Source: a bacterium (GTDB lineage: Bacteria; SAR324; NAC60-12). From it: 14,488 bases of DNA. The DNA lies in NCBI GenBank assembly GCA_965233585.1, contig CBDDTI010000138.1:1-14488 (forward strand), in the 5' to 3' direction. Each line of letters begins with the position of its first letter. Position 1 is the stretch's first letter. The notes beneath the pieces were generated by a model. The model ran no database searches. It saw only the letters and a list, made by a program, of their open reading frames with translations, and was not told the DNA's origin. A program made the translations under genes and the position numbers. Below are positions 9,295-14,488 of the stretch, piece by piece.

Positions 9295-9669
9295 AGGACT
9301 GAAGGGTGTTTCTGGTGGTGTGGGATTAGTGCTCAGCGTGGTCATAATCTTAGACTTTTGGCAAGTTTTATCAGTAATGTTGACATCAAATAATTTGCTA
9401 ATTAGCTAACTAATTGATTAATTAATTAATTAACCAATGAAGTTGTAGCATTTTTATATGTGCATGTCTATGTGGTTACTTGCACATGGATCATATTCAA
9501 TAATTATATATTTATTGACCCATTAATTATATATATATATAATAATTAAATGAATTAGTCAACTAGATATTTTGCTTGCATGGTGTTGAATTATGCATGT
9601 CTATGTGATTCCTCAGCTGCTTTGATCTCAGTGTGATTTCTACCAACTCAGCTGCACTTCTTGCAAGCC

Positions 9670-11241
9670 ATGGGTGGCCCAGATGAAGCTGGCTTGATTT
9701 TGCCTAGGGGCAAAGGCTCAGGCAAATGGTGGAGCAAAGACTCAGGCAAAGACCAAGGCTATTATGGCAAAGGCTTTGGCAAAGACTCAGGCAAAGGCAA
9801 AGACAAAGGCAAAGACTATGGCTATGGCAAAGACTCAGGAAAAGACAAAGGCTATGGCAAAGACTCAGGCAAAGACTCAGGCAAAGGCAGAGGCCATGGC
9901 AAAGACCCAGGCTATAGCACAAGCTGGGGCAAAGGCCAGGGCTCAGAAACAGGCAGAATCCATGCCCAAGCCTTCTCCAGCAGAGACCCCATCTTAGGAT
10001 CAATGATTCCAGAAGGCAAAGCTATGAAGGGCAGAAAAGGCCCCTCAGTTTACAGCAAAGTCTTAGACACCATCCCAGCCAACATGAGATTCACTTGTGA
10101 GGGTGGTCCAAGACATGCTCAGCTTGTTCCTGATGAGCCTCCTGAGATCAAGCTGCCAGAAATCTTTGGGGAAGAGGGTCACCATACTGAGGAAGACATT
10201 GTGATCTACCCCAGGTACCTCAGAGAGCCAAACTTCGAATGTCCAAGAGGCCACAAGGTGATGCTCAGCAGGATCCCATGGCAATCTAGCTGCAGAGAAT
10301 GTCATGATCCTGGGTTGGCTTAGCATCATTTCATGTTTATTTTTCAATATTTTTTGAGTGTTCAGGAAGTCAAAAAGTACCTCAGTGACAATTAAAACCA
10401 CCAATTATATACACATATTAGTCAATTAATTTAAAAAAATACTTGGTTAATTACTTGATAATTACAATCAATTACAGTTTACTTTGTTGTTTCATTCAAA
10501 GCAGTTGGCAGTCAGGACTCAGTTGGGTGGCCTAAGTATGTGATTCAGGCCTACTACAGCAATATCCTCAGCATGAATCCTTTGCCATGGGCCAACTCAG
10601 TGGAAGCAGAGTTTGGTGTTGCTCAGTTCATGGCACAGGAGGCCAGGCCTGAGAAACCATCTCCTGCTGCTTCTTCAACCTCAGACCTCAGCCCTTGGAT
10701 GGAAACCTTCTGCATCAATGAGATACAGAAGAATGATGCTCAGAGGCAGATAGATGTCTTGAAGGAGGAGGTGGCCAAAGCTGAGAAGACTGGAAATTGG
10801 TTGGCTCTCAGTGATTACCATGAGGACTTCATCTTGCTCAGCCAAACTATCACTGCAGCTGAGGATGCTCAGCATGCAACTGTGAACAAGCTCAGGAAAG
10901 ACATTGAGCTCATGGAGGACCTCATGAATCAGTGGCATGAGAATAAGATCCAGTTTGAAGATGCTAAGCACAAGCTCATCAAAAGCATGGCTCAGAAAGA
11001 GGAAGAGAAGAAGAATAGCTCAGGAAGCAGCAGCATCCAATCTGAGGATCAGAAAAATTTGGAGGAAGCTACCATCCAATTTGAAGCCATCAGAAAAGCC
11101 CTTAAACTCACTGATGCTCAGATTCTTGAATTTTTGGAGGAGAAACAAAAGCAAACTCAGGGAGATTCTCAGCCTTCTAAGAGCAGTGAGCACCAAGAAG
11201 ATGCTGAGGAGGATTCTGATAAGAGCAAGGCAGCTGACTGA
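9670..11241 (+). CDS. Gene X3, two exons (9670-10305, 10516-11241), ~453-aa X-family paralog with an expanded N-terminal GKD(S/Y/K)G low-complexity tract
   Basis: GCCATG start. Phase-0 intron 10306-10515 with a GA donor (GATCCTGGG...CAG|G) at the position homologous to the GT donors of X1 and X2; gives YPRYLREPNFECPRGHKVMLSRIPWQSSCRECH|DSVGWPKYVIQAYYSNILSMNPLPW. Confidence 0.8.
9709..9945 (+). repeat. Coding minisatellite of GGCAAAGAC(TCA/AAA/TAT)-type units inside X3
   Basis: Encodes GKDSGKGKDKGKDYGYGKDSGK... and explains the shadow ORFs 9704-10003, 9726-9917 and 9764-9997. Confidence 0.85.
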
Positions 11242-11249
11242 AAGCATCA

Positions 11250-11745
11250 GCATCACTGAGTAAAATCTCAGTGTCTTTTTTTAAAATTTGCTATCACAAG
11301 CAATCCATGCAGCTTCAAGCTAAGGAAAAAAGTGTGCAGCTCTGAAGGGATGTGGAGGGCTTCTACAGTAATTAAGTATGTTAATTGTTGGATGCATTTG
11401 ACTGCATAGTCAATTTGTTTAACACACAATGATGTGTAGTTACTTACTTTTTTTGAGTAATTATTCAATGAACAATATGCAATGAGATTAATTAGTGCCA
11501 GACAGTTGAATGTTTTGCTTTCAGCAGTTTGTCCCTGACAGGATCTCAGCATGATCTACATCATGTTCTACCTCAGCCAGCTTCAATGGTTTTTCAACTT
11601 TGTCCTGAGCAAGGCTCAGTATGCCTCAGCAAAGCACTATGAGCAAAATGCATGGCCAAAAAGAAGTTTGGGAAAGTGATGGGATTGGGTAAACTTCCAA
11701 TGACTAAGGTTGAGCTCAGCAGAAGGAACCAACAATTGCTATAAT
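11250..11745. repeat. Module tail copy 3
   Basis: Collinear with 7950-8565 but lacks the palindrome-bearing segment. Confidence 0.8.
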
Positions 11746-11769
11746 TAATTAATTATATAATTAACTAAC

Positions 11770-12885
11770 TGAGAATTTTTGAAAATTTCAAATGAAACTA
11801 AGAAAGTAATTACTGAAATTAAAAGGAAGACAGCTTTAGCAAAGGAAAAGGTAAAGGGAATGTTTAAAAACAAAATCACCTCAGGAAGCAGTTGGACACA
11901 ATAGTGTACCCTCAAACAAACCATACTATTGTGTATCATGATCGTTCATGTGTTTGTTTGGTTAGCTGAAACTAATCCTTTGGAAAGCCTTTGGTTTTGA
12001 TTCCAAGAAGAATGAAGCTAAGTAATTAAAAGGAAAAAACTTTAGCAAAGGAAAAGGGAAAGGAAATGGTTGAAAAAAAACACATCAGGAAGCAGCTGGA
12101 CACAATAGTGTACCCCCAAACAAACCATACTATTGTGTATCAGGGTTGCTCATGGACTACCCCCTTGAAAAATTGTCTGTGTGATGTTTTTTAATTGTGT
12201 TTTAATAAGGCATCATAAATTTTGGGAAATTGAGCATTTCTGGGAATTTCAAATGAAAGAAACTAATTAAGAAGGAATTAATTAAAAGGAAAAAACTTTA
12301 GCAAAGGAAAAGGTAAAGGGAATGGTAAAAAACAAAGTCACCTCAGGAAGCAGCTGGACACAATAGTGTACCCTCAAACAAACCATACTATTGTGTATCA
12401 GGATCATTCATGTCTTTTTTTGGTTGGCTGAAACTAATCCTTTGGAAAGCCTTTGGTTTTGATTCCAAGAAGGATGAGGCTAAGTAAAAGGGAAACAAAC
12501 TTTAACAAAGGAAAAGGGAAAGGAACTGGTTCAAAAAAAACACATAACCTCAGGAAGCAGCTGGACACAATAGTGTACCCTCAAACAAACCACACTATTG
12601 TGTATCAGGCTTGCTCATGGACTACCCTTTTGAAAAATTGTCTGAGTGATGTTTTTTAATTGGGTTTTAATAAGGCATCATATATTTTGGGAAACTGGTC
12701 ATTTCTGAGAATTATAAGAAAAATAGAAAAGTAAAAGAAAAAGTTTAGTAGTTAAAGGATAAGGTAAAGGACATGGTTGAAAAAAATAACCTCAGGAAGC
12801 AGCTGGACACAATAGTGCACCCCCAAACAAACCATACTATTGTGTATCAGGGTTGCTCATGGACTACCTCTTGAAAAGTTGTTTT
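11770..12885. repeat. Tandem array 3: 5 copies of the hairpin core with more diverged spacers; order A-B-A-B-B(truncated)
   Basis: Arm starts at 11896, 12100, 12358, 12565 and 12807. Boundaries are approximate. Confidence 0.93.
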
Positions 12886-13772
12886 GATTTTTTGTTTTTT
12901 TTTTGCAAGATATTATATAATTTTATATAGTTATATATTTATATACATTTGGGAAATTGAATAATTATTTCTCAGCAAAGCACTTTCAGCAAAGTTTGAT
13001 GTTTTGGTTCTGAGCTTGCATGTGTGCACAGCAGCATCCAGAGCTCAGCAGCGACTATTCCTCTATCAGCTTATTTCAACTGGAAGTTCCTGAGATTGTG
13101 AATGAAATCAAGTTTTGGTTTTTGTATCCAATTTTGTTTTTTATTGTCTCAAGTTTTTCCTATGAAATAGAAGTTGTCAATTAATTAATTACTATATAAA
13201 AGTGGGATATTTAATTACTTAGTTAATTACATTGTTTCAGTTCTCAGTTGCTTAGTTGATTAATTCAAATCTTGTCAGCCAAGGCTCAGCATGGCTATTT
13301 CATCTCAGCTCAAAACCTTTGCTTTCTTGGCCTTGGTGATGAGCTCAGGGATCAGCATGGCCAGCATCTGAGCTTGCATCTCAGCTTTTTGGTTTTAAAC
13401 CTTGGGCTATTGAATGGGCTTTTGTTTACCTAATTAATAAATTGAGGAAATATGTTTTTTCCATCTCATGCAGCCTGCATTGCAGGCTGGAACTCAGTGG
13501 ATCTGAGCAAGAGGCTCAATGCTCTGGAACAATTCTTCAACAGTGCTCAGCTGGATCTTAGGCAAGATTTAAGTAAGTAAACACTTTTGTTTCTCCACTA
13601 GCTTCCTCTAAGCATATAACTGTACAATTGTACACTTATATAATTATATAATTAATTAGTTAATTAATTCATTGTTGATTGCAATGCCAAGGGCTGGTTC
13701 TCAGCCATGATCTTGTTGGGCTACATCATCAAGATCTTCCTTTCCAAATCAGCTCAGCTCAAGAATGTCTTC

Positions 13773-14488
13773 GTTTTTTGGATTAATAAGGCATCATATA
13801 TTTTGAGAAATTGAGCATTTCTGAGAATTGTAAATAAAAGAAACTAATTGAGAAAATAAAAAATAATAGCAAAGGAAAAGGCAAAGAGAATGTTAAAAAA
13901 AAAACACATCAGGAAGCAGCTGGACACAATAGTTTACCCCCAAACAAACCATACTATTTTGTATCATGATCATTCATGTTTTTTTTGGTTGGCTGAAACT
14001 CATCTTTTGGAAAATCTTTACTTAGTTTTGATGTTATATACCAAAGCTTGTGAAGGCTCAGATCCAACTGTGTTGATTTTCTCAGCAATGGTGCTGCTGA
14101 AGAGCATGCTGGAATCACTCAGCACCATGAGATCACTTAGCTCCAGAGGACTGAAGGGTGTTTCTGGTGGGGTAGGATTGGTGCTCAGCTTGACCATGGC
14201 CTCAGACTTGTGGCAATCTTGATCAGTAATGCATGCTTATGCATGTGTAAGTTTCTTATAATTACTTGCACATGCATCATATTCAATAACTATATATTTG
14301 TTGATTCATTATATATAATTGTAATAAATGAATTAGTCAACTAGATATTTTGCTTGCATGGTGTTGAATTATGCATGTCTATGTGATTCCTCAGCTGCTT
14401 TGATCTCAGTGCGATTTCCACCAACTCAGCTGCACTTCTTGCAAGCCATGAGTTCAAACACTGCTGCTAGTCAGCAGAATCACCCTTG
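13773..14488 (+). repeat. Near-identical direct repeat of 5910-6624 (B-spacer end, degenerate core at 13924, mini-ORF, X2 upstream region and X2 start)
   Basis: Identity starts at GTTTTTTGGATTAATAAGGC and continues to the window end. The offset is 7863-7864; the only difference I noticed is an A9 versus A10 run. Confidence 0.95.
14448..14488 (+). CDS. 5' end of a second copy of gene X2 (MSSNTAASQQNHP...), truncated by the window edge
   Basis: Identical to 6584-6624. Confidence 0.75.
   Translation, partial: MSSNTAASQQNHP

Noticed and set aside
9704..10003. QRLRQR, AKTQ and LCLS ORFs overlapping X3
   Set aside because: Shadow frames of the coding minisatellite; only the GKD frame is continuous with the conserved X domain.
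2165..11552. Minus-strand and alternative-frame ORFs overlapping Y, X and the tails (e.g. 2165-2398, 3209-3421, 3919-4128, 6663-7031, 8809-9147, 10063-10404, 10681-10971, 11020-11256, 7894-8118, 11268-11552)
   Set aside because: Antisense or frame shadows with no protein-level conservation among paralogs; the two tail ORFs do not keep frame with each other.

Overview
A eukaryotic, AT-rich, almost CpG-free window. It looks most like a dinoflagellate (Symbiodiniaceae-type) genome, inferred from GT/GC/GA intron donors, AG|G acceptors, GCCATG starts, all genes on one strand, GKG-rich low complexity and a GGCTCAAG spliced-leader-like relict. The window is built from repeated modules: [array of ~200/250-bp repeats with a ~60-bp conserved hairpin core] - [variable 'Y' slot] - [two-exon 'X' gene] - [conserved tail]. 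There are 20 copies of the hairpin core in three arrays plus one singleton. Three complete, highly diverged X paralogs (343, 361 and 453 aa after my splicing) share a YPRYLxEP...C-x2-(GH/C)...LSRIPWQS-x-C-x2-C...GW...YY...MxPLPW...AQF putative zinc-binding domain followed by a predicted coiled coil. Two Y genes have unrelated N-termini but share an acidic tail ending in a basic, NLS-like motif. A near-identical copy of 5910-6624 starts at 13773, suggesting a ~7.86-kb higher-order unit. Non-coding flanks are far more conserved than the coding regions. I recognise no named gene, RNA gene, transposase or CRISPR-Cas locus. All gene models were built by eye and need transcript support.
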